64,000 nucleotides of DNA from a bacterium HR29 (GTDB taxonomy: Bacteria; Chloroflexota; Dehalococcoidia; Tepidiformales; Tepidiformaceae): the NCBI GenBank assembly GCA_002898215.1, contig BEIF01000001.1, positions 841,602 to 905,601 on the forward strand, read 5' to 3'. The notes beneath the pieces are model-generated. The model did no database searches. It was not told the origin of the DNA and was given only the letters and a program-made list of their open reading frames with translations. Positions within the stretch are counted from its first letter, which is position 1; each line of letters begins with the position of its first letter. Shown here piece by piece: positions 17,406 through 26,080 of this stretch. The position numbers were made by a program, and so were the translations under genes.

Positions 17406-17852
17406 CTATCGGGCCTCCGCGGAGCGGGGCAGGAGGCCGGCGCGCTCGAGCTGGAAGTAGAGGAAGCAGCCCGCGCAGAATCCGAAGAGGAGGTTCACCA
17501 GGGCGAGCGCGACCACGAGCCAGGCGAGAGCCCAGCCAACGAGCGGGGCACTCAGCAACAGAGCCAGGAAGCTCCCGAGAAGGAACGTCCCTCCCAGACC
17601 TTGCGCGAAGCGGTGGGGTGTCGGGTCCTCGTCGACCGGCCGGGGCCTGAGAAGCCCGAGCCGGACCGCCCCGTGGCGGTATACCTGTTTGAAGAGGGAG
17701 AGTGGCTCCCACGCCGTGCCGGCGAGCATCACCGCCGCGACGGCGAGGATCAGCCATCGCCCGGGACCGTCACCCAGCACGAAGGCAGCGACGACGCCCG
17801 CGACGATGCAAGCTTGATTGAAGCGGAGCGCGTTCCGGTCGACACGCGGCAT
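17406..17852 (-). CDS. DUF4395 family membrane protein
   Basis: 148 aa with 4 predicted TM segments and a C-terminal FGFCAGCFLY motif characteristic of DUF4395. It sits immediately upstream of the thioredoxin-like gene. Confidence 0.65.
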   Translation of the reverse strand: MPRVDRNALRFNQACIVAGVVAAFVLGDGPGRWLILAVAAVMLAGTAWEPLSLFKQVYRHGAVRLGLLRPRPVDEDPTPHRFAQGLGGTFLLGSFLALLLSAPLVGWALAWLVVALALVNLLFGFCAGCFLYFQLERAGLLPRSAEAR

Positions 17853-17858
17853 AGGCGC

Positions 17859-17888
17859 ATTGTCGACCTTCTCGCTCTACTTTGTCAA
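17859..17888 (-). promoter_or_regulatory. Leaderless-type promoter: TTGACA (17888-17883), 18-bp spacer, GACAAT (17864-17859), then 6 nt to ATG 17852
   Basis: Hexamers read directly on the minus strand. No SD is present. Confidence 0.5.
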
Positions 17889-17952
17889 GCGACCCCGGGG
17901 CCTTCCCGCGCCTTGACCCGGCACGGAACGCCTTCGCACAATTGGCACGGGT

Positions 17953-18028
17953 GCTGAGGTAGCTCAGTTGGTAGAGCACCGCACTGAAAATGCGGGTGTC
18001 CCCAGTTCGAATCTGGGCCTCAGCACCA
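17953..18028 (+). tRNA. tRNA-Phe (GAA), CCA encoded
   Basis: Cloverleaf: gctgagg/cctcagc acceptor, anticodon loop ctGAAaa, T loop ttcgaat. Possible promoter: TTGACC 17913-17918 and CACAAT 17937-17942. Confidence 0.92.
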
Positions 18029-18042
18029 TCGTTGTCTCCTTC

Positions 18043-18834
18043 CTAGCGACCCCTCCATTGCGGCTCGCGCTTCTCGGCGAAAGCCCTGGGGCCTTCGATA
18101 GCATCCTCGCTCCGCCTCCGGCGCTCCTCCCACTCGAACCGCGCTTGCGCCGCCTCGGGGAGGGTCATGTCGAGCCCGCGCATTGCGGATTCCTTGGTCG
18201 AACGCACGGAGAGCGGCGCGCACCGGAGGATATCCTCGACCCACCGGTCCACCGCAGCATCGAGCTCGGCCAGGGGCACGACCTCGTTCACGATCCCGAT
18301 TTCGTATCCCCTCCGCGCCGAGAAGTGCCGCCCGGTCAGCATGTAGCCCATCGCCACCTTCAGCGGCACTTGACGCGGGAAGCGATGGACACCGAGCGCC
18401 CCTGCGATGAGCCCCCGACGCGGCTCGGGCAGGCCGAATTCGGCGTGTTCCGCCGCCACGATGATGTCGCAGGCTAGGGCAAGCTCGAATCCACCGCCCA
18501 GCGCGTACCCGTTCACCCGCGCGATGATCGGCTTGAACAGGTCGAAGCGGTGCGTGAGCCCTCCGAAGCCGCCCTTCGGGAAGGTGATGCGCGGCCGCTG
18601 GTCCGCCGGGAGGCGCGAAATCTCCGCCGTCCACTTCAAGTCGTTCCCCGCGCTGAACGCTCGGTCCCCCTCGCCCGTGAGGACAGCGATCCACAGGTCG
18701 TCGTCGGCCGCGAAGTCATCCCAAACCTGGTCCAGCTCTTCGTTCGCGGGCCCGTGGAGCGCGTTCATGACCTCCGGTCGGGTAATCGTGACGTAGGCGA
18801 CGTGACCCTTCTTCTCGTAGCGGCAGAACTGCAT
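18043..18834 (-). CDS. Enoyl-CoA hydratase/isomerase (crotonase) family protein
   Basis: [29 protein letters not shown], and [17 protein letters not shown] motifs. GAGAAGGAG SD lies before ATG 18834. Confidence 0.88.
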   Translation of the reverse strand: MQFCRYEKKGHVAYVTITRPEVMNALHGPANEELDQVWDDFAADDDLWIAVLTGEGDRAFSAGNDLKWTAEISRLPADQRPRITFPKGGFGGLTHRFDLFKPIIARVNGYALGGGFELALACDIIVAAEHAEFGLPEPRRGLIAGALGVHRFPRQVPLKVAMGYMLTGRHFSARRGYEIGIVNEVVPLAELDAAVDRWVEDILRCAPLSVRSTKESAMRGLDMTLPEAAQARFEWEERRRRSEDAIEGPRAFAEKREPQWRGR

Positions 18835-18875
18835 GCGATGCTCCTTCTCTGCGTTTGATGATCCGCCAGCGCCGG

Positions 18876-20174
18876 TCACTCCCCCGGCAGGCGGACGACG
18901 CCTCCTCGAACGAGCTCTGCGATTTCGCCTTCACTGAGCCCAGCCCAGGCGAGGATAGCCGCCGCGTCGGCCGAGAACATCGGTGCCGGACGAGGCGCCC
19001 CGACGCTCGCCGGCTCCATCCGCACGGGCGGCTTCGGCTGGCGTATCGGTCCCACGGCCGGATGCTCCAGCGTGTAGAAGAGGTCGTTCTCGGCCGCCTG
19101 GGGATGGTCGAAGACCTCCTCCGTGAGCAGCACCGGGACAGCGGGGACATCGGCGGCTTCGAGCCGTTGGAGCCATTCCGCCGTCGTGCGCTCGCGGAAT
19201 GCCGCCTCGAATCGGCGCATCTTCGCCTCGTGCTCCTCGGCAGGGAGCGCGGCGGCAAGCTCGAAGACCTCCCCCTGCACCGCGGGGTCGTCGATCCCGA
19301 GCACCTCGCACAGCTTCCGCCGCTGCCGGTTGTTGAGGCAGGCGACGGCGATGAGCGAATCCGCCGTCTGGTAAACACGGTAGTAAGGCGCCGTCGCCCG
19401 CTGGAGGCCGAGCCCGGTCCGAAACGTGAGCATCTCCTCGTAGGTGCGCCCATGCTCGCGCGCAGCGTGGACAGCGGCGAGCATGCGTTCCCGCGGCTCG
19501 CGGTCGTACCGCTCGAGCTGAAGCATCGGGCGGTACTGGATTGCCAGGCCGACGGCGAACAAGGAGAGCTCGATTCGCTGGCCTTCGCCCGTGAGGGCCC
19601 GCCGATACAGGGCGGAGGCGATGGCGAACGCCGCGTACATCCCGGTCGAGAGGTCGGCCGGGGCGAAGGACGTGATCCCGACCGGCACCCCTCGCTCGAC
19701 CTTCCGCTCGAAATCCATCATCCCGGTGAGGGCCTGCACGAGGAGGTCGAAGCCCGGACGTCCCGAGTAGGGCCCCCGTTCGCCGAACGCCGTGATGGAA
19801 CAGTAGATGATGTCCGGCCGCAGTCGGGCCACGTCTTCGTACCGCAGGCGAAGGCGTTCGAGGGTCGAAGGCCGGTGGTTGACGACCACGACGTCGGCTT
19901 TGGGCACCATGCGGTCGAAGACGGCTCGCCCTGCGGGCTTTTCGAGGTCGAGGGCGATGCTCCGCTTGCCGCGATTGACGCCAATGAAGTAGCGGCTTTC
20001 CCGGCCGACCACCGGTTGCTGGCGGCGCCAATGGTCTCCCTCGATCGGCTCGACCTTGATGACGTCGGCGCCCAGGTCGGCGAGCATCATCGTCCCGTAA
20101 GGACCGGCGACGTACTCGGTGAGGTCGAGCACGACCACACCCTCGAGCGGCGCCCCGCCATGGACGGGGATCAT
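18876..20174 (-). CDS. CoA transferase, family III (CaiB/BaiF)
   Basis: [33 protein letters not shown] and [16 protein letters not shown] motifs. Start taken at ATG 20174. Confidence 0.88.
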   Translation of the reverse strand: MIPVHGGAPLEGVVVLDLTEYVAGPYGTMMLADLGADVIKVEPIEGDHWRRQQPVVGRESRYFIGVNRGKRSIALDLEKPAGRAVFDRMVPKADVVVVNHRPSTLERLRLRYEDVARLRPDIIYCSITAFGERGPYSGRPGFDLLVQALTGMMDFERKVERGVPVGITSFAPADLSTGMYAAFAIASALYRRALTGEGQRIELSLFAVGLAIQYRPMLQLERYDREPRERMLAAVHAAREHGRTYEEMLTFRTGLGLQRATAPYYRVYQTADSLIAVACLNNRQRRKLCEVLGIDDPAVQGEVFELAAALPAEEHEAKMRRFEAAFRERTTAEWLQRLEAADVPAVPVLLTEEVFDHPQAAENDLFYTLEHPAVGPIRQPKPPVRMEPASVGAPRPAPMFSADAAAILAWAGLSEGEIAELVRGGVVRLPGE

Positions 20175-20237
20175 GGCCGGGCCCCCTCCACCGGCCGAGC
20201 GTGACGCACGCCACAACCCAAGCGTCCTCCCTGCGCG

Positions 20238-20516
20238 ATGCTTCTGCCCATGACGCGCCCGTGCGCTGTGTTCGTGTGGCTGGGTGCGGCGGCCGTCATC
20301 GGTGCCGCCATCGGCTCGCAGCGAGCCCTTCGGAGCAGCGAGGGCGAGCAGAGCCACATGGCTGGGCGGTCATCGGCCGAGTGCATGTTCCTCCTCGACG
20401 CCAACGGCGTTCCCGGGTTCGCGTGGTCGGACACGGGCGAGCCCTGTGGGGAGCACCCCCACGGGCCGTTCCCCGACGGCGTGGATTCTACGCCAGCTGG
20501 TCGAGGTATTCGCTGA
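20238..20516 (+). CDS. Possible small membrane-anchored protein (92 aa); low confidence
   Basis: This is the only ORF with high third-position GC in an otherwise unexplained 313-bp gap. It has an N-terminal hydrophobic helix (CAVFVWLGAAAVIGAAIG). It has no SD, and its 3' end overlaps the convergent gene by 29 nt. Confidence 0.3.
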   Translation: MLLPMTRPCAVFVWLGAAAVIGAAIGSQRALRSSEGEQSHMAGRSSAECMFLLDANGVPGFAWSDTGEPCGEHPHGPFPDGVDSTPAGRGIR

Positions 20517-21441
20517 GCCCGTACCCCACCCGCTGGCCATCGAGAAGGTACTCGGTCATCCCCTCGCCGATGTGCGTCAGATGACCGGCGCGCCGGTTCC
20601 GGAGGGGAATGAAGCCGCGCACCGTACCCTCGACCCGGTGCTTCGTTCCATCCTCCAGCGTGACGATGGCGCGAAGGGCGCGGTGGTAGTTCGTCCCCGG
20701 CTCGTATTCGGATTCGAGTTCGACGTCGGCGATGCGCCGAAGCTCATCGCCGTAGTGGAACACGCCACCCTTCCGGTCGCCGACGACGGAGATCACCATT
20801 CCGAGGTCGTCGCCGAAATTGCCGGTGATCCACCGGTAGTCGGCGATCGACTGCCAATACCGCGGGCCCCAGGAGTGGTCGCGCAGCCCGTAACCCCGGA
20901 GCGGCATGGGTTCCTCCCCTTCGAGCTGGACCGTGCCGGTGACGCGCATGTGCTGCTCGTAGTGGGCACGTGCGAACTCGTTATCGCTCTCGCCGGGCTG
21001 GGCCACATGCCCGTAGATGGGCCCGACTCCCTCGTGGAGGAGGTCGATCACAAGTCGCCGGTGGGGGTTCTCCTTGAAAGCGCTCGAGGGGTCCCGCATG
21101 GCGCGAGGGTCGCGGAGGTACACCACCGAGCCGTCATACACGGTTCGGAGCCGCTCCCCCGGCTCCAGCACATCGACGCGCAGGCCGCCGGCGTTCCAAG
21201 CATCGTTCGAGGTGATTTGGGGCCGCTTGAAGTTGAAGAGGGCCGACCCGTCAGGCTGGAACACCACGACGGTTACTTCCGCGTACCCCTCGTTCGCCCG
21301 ATTCCCGATTCGGAGGAAGCCGCCGAGCTGCCGCTCCCGGTCGAAGAAGTTGAAGTAGACCGATTCGTTGAAGTGCTCCTCCGGACCGAGGGGGTGGGGG
21401 TAGTCGTCTTCGGGCCGGACGTTACCGTAGATTCGCACCAT
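20488..21441 (-). CDS. Conserved hypothetical protein (317 aa, predicted all-beta; family not confidently recognised)
   Basis: Clean ORF with a GGAGGGAG SD and protein-like composition. It lies upstream of the CoA-transferase/crotonase pair on the same strand. Confidence 0.7.
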   Translation of the reverse strand: MVRIYGNVRPEDDYPHPLGPEEHFNESVYFNFFDRERQLGGFLRIGNRANEGYAEVTVVVFQPDGSALFNFKRPQITSNDAWNAGGLRVDVLEPGERLRTVYDGSVVYLRDPRAMRDPSSAFKENPHRRLVIDLLHEGVGPIYGHVAQPGESDNEFARAHYEQHMRVTGTVQLEGEEPMPLRGYGLRDHSWGPRYWQSIADYRWITGNFGDDLGMVISVVGDRKGGVFHYGDELRRIADVELESEYEPGTNYHRALRAIVTLEDGTKHRVEGTVRGFIPLRNRRAGHLTHIGEGMTEYLLDGQRVGYGLSEYLDQLA

Positions 21442-21572
21442 CGCACTCCCTCCAAACGCCCTGTTGGGCGTCGGGGCGATTGTACGCCGTTACTTTGGGC
21501 GGTGCGAAGCTTTTCCGCCGGAGGGCTGCCGGCGTGCGAACGACCCGCGAATGCCAACCTGGCCGAAGCGGC

Positions 21573-21758
21573 CTACTGGAAGAGGCGGAATCCTGGCGAG
21601 TCCGCGATCGCGTTGCCGAGCATGCTCAGGGCGGTGACGGCAGCCAGGGCGACGAAGGCGAGGATGAGGGCGTACTCCGCGAGGCTCTGGCCCTCATCGC
21701 GGAATCGCCATGCCTTGCGGTCGCGTACCCGGCCGGGCGTTCTGCGCAGCGCGTCCAC
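21573..21758 (-). CDS. flp: Flp/Fap-family type IVb prepilin (third, unlinked copy)
   Basis: Flp motif G/QSLAEYALILAFVALAAV (G-XXXX-EY followed by a hydrophobic stretch). GTG start with a GGGAGAG SD. Confidence 0.8.
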   Translation of the reverse strand: MDALRRTPGRVRDRKAWRFRDEGQSLAEYALILAFVALAAVTALSMLGNAIADSPGFRLFQ

Positions 21759-21795
21759 GTTTGCTCTCCCTTCTGCGGTCCGTCCTCCCTACTGC

Positions 21796-22773
21796 TCACA
21801 TTCGACACTCCGGAGCGGGGGCAACGGGAACTGCAGGAGGAGAAGGCGTTGCACCGGCGTGATCGGCCACGGCCTCGGAACCCCGCATGGCCATCCAAAT
21901 CTCCAAAGGCACGTCGGTGATCACCGTTGTCGCTCCGAGTTCGAGGAGCCGACAGACGAGGTCGATGGTCTCTTGGCCACGAAAGCTCCGAACCGTCCAG
22001 GCCGCGAGGGCGACACCCCGCTGAGCGAGCTCCCTTCCGAGCGGCAGCCCGAGCTCTCCAATCCTGAGGATGGTTCCGATGTCGACCATTAGCTCGACGC
22101 ACCCGGGGACGAGCGCCAGGAGGTCGTCGAGCCGGGCAGCCAGGTACCGTTCGAAGCTCCAGCCGCGGTCGCCGGCGTAGGCGGCGTCGTCCCGGAAGCC
22201 CCAGGTCCCGGTGCGGCGGGGAGCGCCGGCCGTCCACCAACGCGGTGCGGACGAAGGAACGTAGCGGAGATGCAGCCAGGGGTCGAAGGCGACCGTCAGC
22301 CCCTCCGTCGCAAGCATGCGCAGGTTCCAGTGGGCCTGCGAACCCACGATGACGTTCGGTCCCAGGGGCCGGAGCACTTCGGCCAGCGCCCGCACCTCGC
22401 CGGGCGTCATCGGTCCCCGGCGCTTCAAGTCCACCTGGAGAAGGCAGCCCCAGCCAGCGAAGAGCGGCACCACTTCGGCGAGGCGCGGTAGGTGCGGAAC
22501 CTCTTCGGAGGCGACGGTCCGAGCCGGAACCTTCCGGCCTCGCACCTGGAAGATCTCGTCGTGACTGAGAACTGGGACGTCGTCGGCCGTGAACGTCACG
22601 TCGAGCTCGACCCGCTGGGCTCCAGCTTCGACGCAGGCTGCAATGCTGCTCAGCGCGTTGGGAGGGTCCCCTTCGGTGAGCCGTCCCTGGTGACAGGTGA
22701 GAACCGCCCGTCGCCCACGATGGGCGACGGAGAAGAGCGGCTCCTCATCGACCCCCACACTCATACGATGCAC
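21796..22773 (-). CDS. Glycerophosphodiester phosphodiesterase (GDPD) family protein
   Basis: FSVAHRG near the N-terminus and VELDVTFTADDVPVLSHD, matching the GDPD H-R-G / E-x-D / H-D pattern. Start could be 22773 or 22764. Confidence 0.65.
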   Translation of the reverse strand: MHRMSVGVDEEPLFSVAHRGRRAVLTCHQGRLTEGDPPNALSSIAACVEAGAQRVELDVTFTADDVPVLSHDEIFQVRGRKVPARTVASEEVPHLPRLAEVVPLFAGWGCLLQVDLKRRGPMTPGEVRALAEVLRPLGPNVIVGSQAHWNLRMLATEGLTVAFDPWLHLRYVPSSAPRWWTAGAPRRTGTWGFRDDAAYAGDRGWSFERYLAARLDDLLALVPGCVELMVDIGTILRIGELGLPLGRELAQRGVALAAWTVRSFRGQETIDLVCRLLELGATTVITDVPLEIWMAMRGSEAVADHAGATPSPPAVPVAPAPECRM

Positions 22774-22813
22774 GCGGTTGTGTTAACAAGCGAGGGCGGA
22801 GAGGATCGGGTCG

Positions 22814-23863
22814 ATGGACGACGCTGCCTTGGCGGCCGAACGGCTCCGCATCTACGCCTTGCAGGACGGCGCCGTGCGCGCGCGGACGCTCGCGTTCTGT
22901 CTCCGTATCGGTCTCTTCGACGTCCTGGAGGAGCGCCCCCTCACCTCGGAGGAGCTCGCCGAGCGCTTCGGTTTGGCCCCCCGGGTGTATCCAACGCTGC
23001 TGGCCTTCCTCGCTGCGCAGCGGCTCATCGAGCGCGGCCCGGACGGCCGTTGGCGGAACACGCCCACTGCCTCGCACTTCCTGGTGAGAAGCAGCCCCCG
23101 GTATGTCGGCGGGCGGGCGCTCCTCTTCGACGGCTTCTACGAAGCGATCGGGCATCTGGACACCGCCCTCGCCACCGGCCGGCCCTGGACTCCCGCGGGC
23201 CAACACGACATGTTCGCCGGTTTCTCGCCCGAAGAGCAGCGCTGGTTCGCCGAGGGGATGCTGGCGAACGCCATCCACGGCGGGGAAGCCCTCGTACGGA
23301 CCGTGGACTTCGCGCCCTTCCGGAGGTTGCTCGACGTCGGCGGCGGCCCGGGCGGATACACCATCGCCATCCTGCGCGCACACCCTCACATGGAGGCGAC
23401 GATCTTCGACCTTCCCGGCGTCGACGGCATCGCGCGGGAGAACATCGAGCGGGCAGGTCTCGGCGGCCGCGTGAGCTTCGCAACGGGTTCCTTCTTCGAC
23501 GACCCTCTCCCTCGAGGGCACGACGTCCTCCTCCTCTCCAGCATCCTGCACGACTGGGAGGACGACGATTGTGCGCGCATCCTGAGGGCGTGCTACGAAG
23601 CGCTCGAGCCCGGGGGAACGATCGTCGTGACCGAGCCGATGCTGGCTGACGATTTCACCGGCCCGGACCACCCTTCGGTTTCCGGGCTGACGATGGCGCT
23701 GTTGGGGGGAAGGAACAGGACGCGGCGCGAGATCGCCGCGATGCTGGAAGCGGCCGGCTTCCGGGACACGTGGTGCGGGCCGCTGGGGGAACAGAACAGC
23801 ACGGTCACGGCACGGAAGCCGCAGCTTCGCAGCAATGAGGGGCCAGTGCTAGACTCGGGGTGA
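22814..23863 (+). CDS. Class I SAM-dependent O-methyltransferase (Methyltransf_2/COMT-like, with N-terminal dimerisation wHTH)
   Basis: LLDVGGGPGGYTIAIL SAM motif and a DLP motif. The N-terminal LFDVLEERPLTSEELAERFG resembles the dimerisation domain. Candidate leaderless promoter: TTGTGT, 17 bp, GAGGAT, 7 nt, ATG. Confidence 0.8.
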   Translation: MDDAALAAERLRIYALQDGAVRARTLAFCLRIGLFDVLEERPLTSEELAERFGLAPRVYPTLLAFLAAQRLIERGPDGRWRNTPTASHFLVRSSPRYVGGRALLFDGFYEAIGHLDTALATGRPWTPAGQHDMFAGFSPEEQRWFAEGMLANAIHGGEALVRTVDFAPFRRLLDVGGGPGGYTIAILRAHPHMEATIFDLPGVDGIARENIERAGLGGRVSFATGSFFDDPLPRGHDVLLLSSILHDWEDDDCARILRACYEALEPGGTIVVTEPMLADDFTGPDHPSVSGLTMALLGGRNRTRREIAAMLEAAGFRDTWCGPLGEQNSTVTARKPQLRSNEGPVLDSG

Positions 23864-23898
23864 GCGTCGCCGCTGGGACGGCGCTGGATGGCATCGGT

Positions 23899-23974
<76 letters not shown>

Positions 23975-23975
23975 T

Positions 23976-24563
23976 TCATGCGGCCCGGCGGAAGACAACC
24001 GGCGCAGCAGCCCGTCGAATCCACTGGCGTTCGAGGGGCATCGGAACCGGGCGCGCCGCGACCAGGTGTTCCATTCCCGCGAGGATCTCGGCCCGCAAGC
24101 AGTGCTCCGCCGCGCGGAGCTGTACGAGCGAGTAGGGGACCAGCAGCGTCAGCCCCGCCGCGAATTCGGTCCAACTCCAGCCCGTCGGTCGAGTGTGCGT
24201 CGCAGCGGAGTATCCTGCCGCAGCGGCGAGCGTGATTCCGACCAGAATCCAATCGGCGAAGCCTGGCCGCGGCAGCGGCTGGCGCCGCCCCAGCCGGAGG
24301 TTCCAACCGAACTGTACCATCGAGCCCGCCGTCCGCAGCGCTGCGAGCGGGAAGGCGGCCGGCCCCAAAGCCCCGCGGAAGAGCACCAAGACCCATGCAT
24401 ACGCGAGCCAGACCCGGCGCCAGCGCGCCGACTGCCTCCACGTCCACCACGCCGGCAAGGGGAGGTTCACGATCGGAGCATCGGCCGGGACGGCACCCTG
24501 GCGCAGGGTCGATGCTGCCGTCAGCGGCCTTTCCTCATAGCCGTCATTCCATTGCCGTATCAT
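23976..24563 (-). CDS. Hypothetical membrane protein (195 aa, about 4 TM)
   Basis: Trp/Leu/Ala-rich hydrophobic segments. It is divergent from the ECF sigma gene. No family motif recognised. Confidence 0.45.
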   Translation of the reverse strand: MIRQWNDGYEERPLTAASTLRQGAVPADAPIVNLPLPAWWTWRQSARWRRVWLAYAWVLVLFRGALGPAAFPLAALRTAGSMVQFGWNLRLGRRQPLPRPGFADWILVGITLAAAAGYSAATHTRPTGWSWTEFAAGLTLLVPYSLVQLRAAEHCLRAEILAGMEHLVAARPVPMPLERQWIRRAAAPVVFRRAA

Positions 24564-24586
24564 AGTTTCCTCTTAGTGGATTTCCC

Positions 24587-24613
24587 GTAACACGGTGGGG
24601 GTTCGCTCCGTCT
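24587..24613 (+). promoter_or_regulatory. ECF-type promoter candidate: GTAAC (24587-24591), 17 bp, CGTCT (24609-24613), about 50 bp upstream of the ECF sigma gene
   Basis: Resembles the generic ECF pattern (G)GAAC-N16-17-CGTC. ECF sigma genes are usually autoregulated. Confidence 0.35.
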
Positions 24614-24664
24614 TTCCGGTTAGCAGGGCGCGGGGTCGAGCCGCGAGGCCCTGGAATTTGCGGG

Positions 24665-25228
24665 GTGGATGCCATGGAGCTGGCAGTCAACACGGCATTG
24701 CCTGCCGTGGCGGCGGTACCTCGTGCTCGCGAACAGGAGTCCGAATGGATCGACGCGCTGTTTCGGCAACATTGTGACCGCATTTTTCGCTACGTCTTCG
24801 CGCTCGTCGGGGATGCTTCGGCAGCGGAGGACGTTAGTGCGGAGGTATTCGTCCGCGCCTGGCAGCGGCGCAACGCGCTCCGGGACGAGTCCCGAGCCAC
24901 AGCCTGGTTGCTGGCGATCGCTCGTCACCTCGCGACGGACTACGTCCGCGGTTGCGTGCGTCGCCGGCAGTACGAAGTTCCCCTCGGGCAGTTCGACCTC
25001 CCTCCCCCCGAGGAGGTGGGGGAGCCGGCGAGCGACGACCGCATCTGGAGATTCTTCCGACGCCTCACGACGGAGCAGCAGCAGGTGCTGTACCTCCGCT
25101 TCGTCGAGGGCCGTCCCCATGAAGAGGTGGCCAGGACCTTGGGCCGGACCCCCGGTGCCGTCCGCGCGGCGCAGTTTCGGGGGCTGGCACGAATGCGGCG
25201 CCTGCTGGAGGAAGACCATGACCGGTGA
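24665..25228 (+). CDS. ECF (group 4) sigma-70 family RNA polymerase sigma factor
   Basis: Region 2 (IFRYVFALVGDASAAEDVSAEVFVRAW) and region 4 HTH (LTTEQQQVLYLRFVEGRPHEEVARTLGRTPGAVRAAQFRGL). Confidence 0.88.
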   Translation: MDAMELAVNTALPAVAAVPRAREQESEWIDALFRQHCDRIFRYVFALVGDASAAEDVSAEVFVRAWQRRNALRDESRATAWLLAIARHLATDYVRGCVRRRQYEVPLGQFDLPPPEEVGEPASDDRIWRFFRRLTTEQQQVLYLRFVEGRPHEEVARTLGRTPGAVRAAQFRGLARMRRLLEEDHDR

Positions 25229-25547
25229 GGAGACACCGCAGGAGCGAGAGCGCCTGCTGGACCGGTGCATCGATGCCCTTCTCTCCGGGCGCTCCTGGCG
25301 GGAGGAGCTGTCGGGGAGAGGTGCCACCGGGGAAGAGCTCGAGCTCCTCATGCAGGTGGCTGAGGAGTTCCTCGAGGCGACCCGCCGGCTCCCGCCGCCT
25401 GCCCGGCACCGCTCCTTCCGGATCTGGCGCCGAATTGCCGGGGCGACGGCGGAGCTGTTCCGCTTCCGCGTCCACGCCCGCGCTTTCGAAATCCGAGCTC
25501 GCGGCAGGGCAGTAGTCGCCGCCTTCGTCGCTGCGCTCCTGGGGTAA
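25218..25547 (+). CDS. Putative anti-sigma factor or hypothetical protein (109 aa)
   Basis: Overlaps the sigma gene by 11 nt, the usual sigma/anti-sigma arrangement. There is no HxxxCxxC zinc motif, and only a short C-terminal hydrophobic tail. Confidence 0.4.
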   Translation: MTGEETPQERERLLDRCIDALLSGRSWREELSGRGATGEELELLMQVAEEFLEATRRLPPPARHRSFRIWRRIAGATAELFRFRVHARAFEIRARGRAVVAAFVAALLG

Positions 25548-25644
25548 GCCGTCAGCCGCGCGAAGAGTCCGCCGGCGCGCTGCCGGGTGGCCGGAGGAAC
25601 AGGCGGACCGAACCATCACTCCGCCATGAAGGAGGACCGGGACC

Positions 25645-25830
25645 ATGCAGGAACTCATTCGAAGGGTCGTCGTCTGGGCGCAAGCCCGCCAGCTCGAACG
25701 GGGCCAAGGCGTGATCGAGTACGCCCTCATCGTCGGTCTCGTTTCGATCGTCCTCGCCGGTGTGCTCGCCACCGCCGGCACCGGCTGGATCAATGCGGTG
25801 ACGGCCGAAGTCACCGACGCGTTGAGCTAG
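25645..25830 (+). CDS. flp: Flp/Fap-family type IVb prepilin (flp-1)
   Basis: GAAGGAGGA SD. Flp motif G/QGVIEYALIVGLVSIVLAGV. Confidence 0.88.
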   Translation: MQELIRRVVVWAQARQLERGQGVIEYALIVGLVSIVLAGVLATAGTGWINAVTAEVTDALS

Positions 25831-25838
25831 CGCCGTTC

Positions 25839-25899
25839 GGAGCGGGAGGGTTCGGCCCGCCACCGGTTCGAGCCGAGCGGCCGGAACCTCTCCCGCTCC
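25839..25899 (+). other. Long imperfect stem-loop (ggagcgggagggttc .. gaacctctcccgctcc) between flp-1 and flp-2
   Basis: 14-15 bp arms with one bulge, read directly. It starts 9 nt after the flp-1 stop and ends 9 nt before the flp-2 SD. No U-tract follows. Confidence 0.5.
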
Positions 25900-25918
25900 A
25901 GCCCTTCAGGAGGACGGA

Positions 25919-26080
25919 ATGACGTGGGATGAAGTGCGCGAGGCCGGCCAGAGCGCCGTCGAGTACGCGCTCGTCATCGGCCTGGTTTCCGCCGTGGCCG
26001 CGGTGATCCTCGCACACACCGCCCCCGCTTGGCTTGAGTCCATCGTCTCGCTAGCCGACACGGCCCTCGGGGACGCCTGA
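25919..26080 (+). CDS. flp: Flp/Fap-family type IVb prepilin (flp-2, 53 aa; absent from the ORF track)
   Basis: AGGAGG at 25908-25913 with a 5-nt spacer to the ATG. Translation: MTWDEVREAG/QSAVEYALVIGLVSAVAAVILAHTAPAWLESIVSLADTALGDA, which carries the Flp motif. Confidence 0.82.
   Translation: MTWDEVREAGQSAVEYALVIGLVSAVAAVILAHTAPAWLESIVSLADTALGDA

Noticed and set aside
23976-24563. Membrane protein next to the Tad region as the missing TadV/CpaA prepilin peptidase
   Set aside because: It lacks the paired catalytic Asp motifs (GxGDxK-like) of A24 peptidases, and its topology and composition do not match.
25596-25620. GGAAC motif upstream of flp-1 as an ECF -35 element
   Set aside because: No CGTC-like -10 lies at 16-17 bp. 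It is kept only as a remark inside the ECF/Tad finding.
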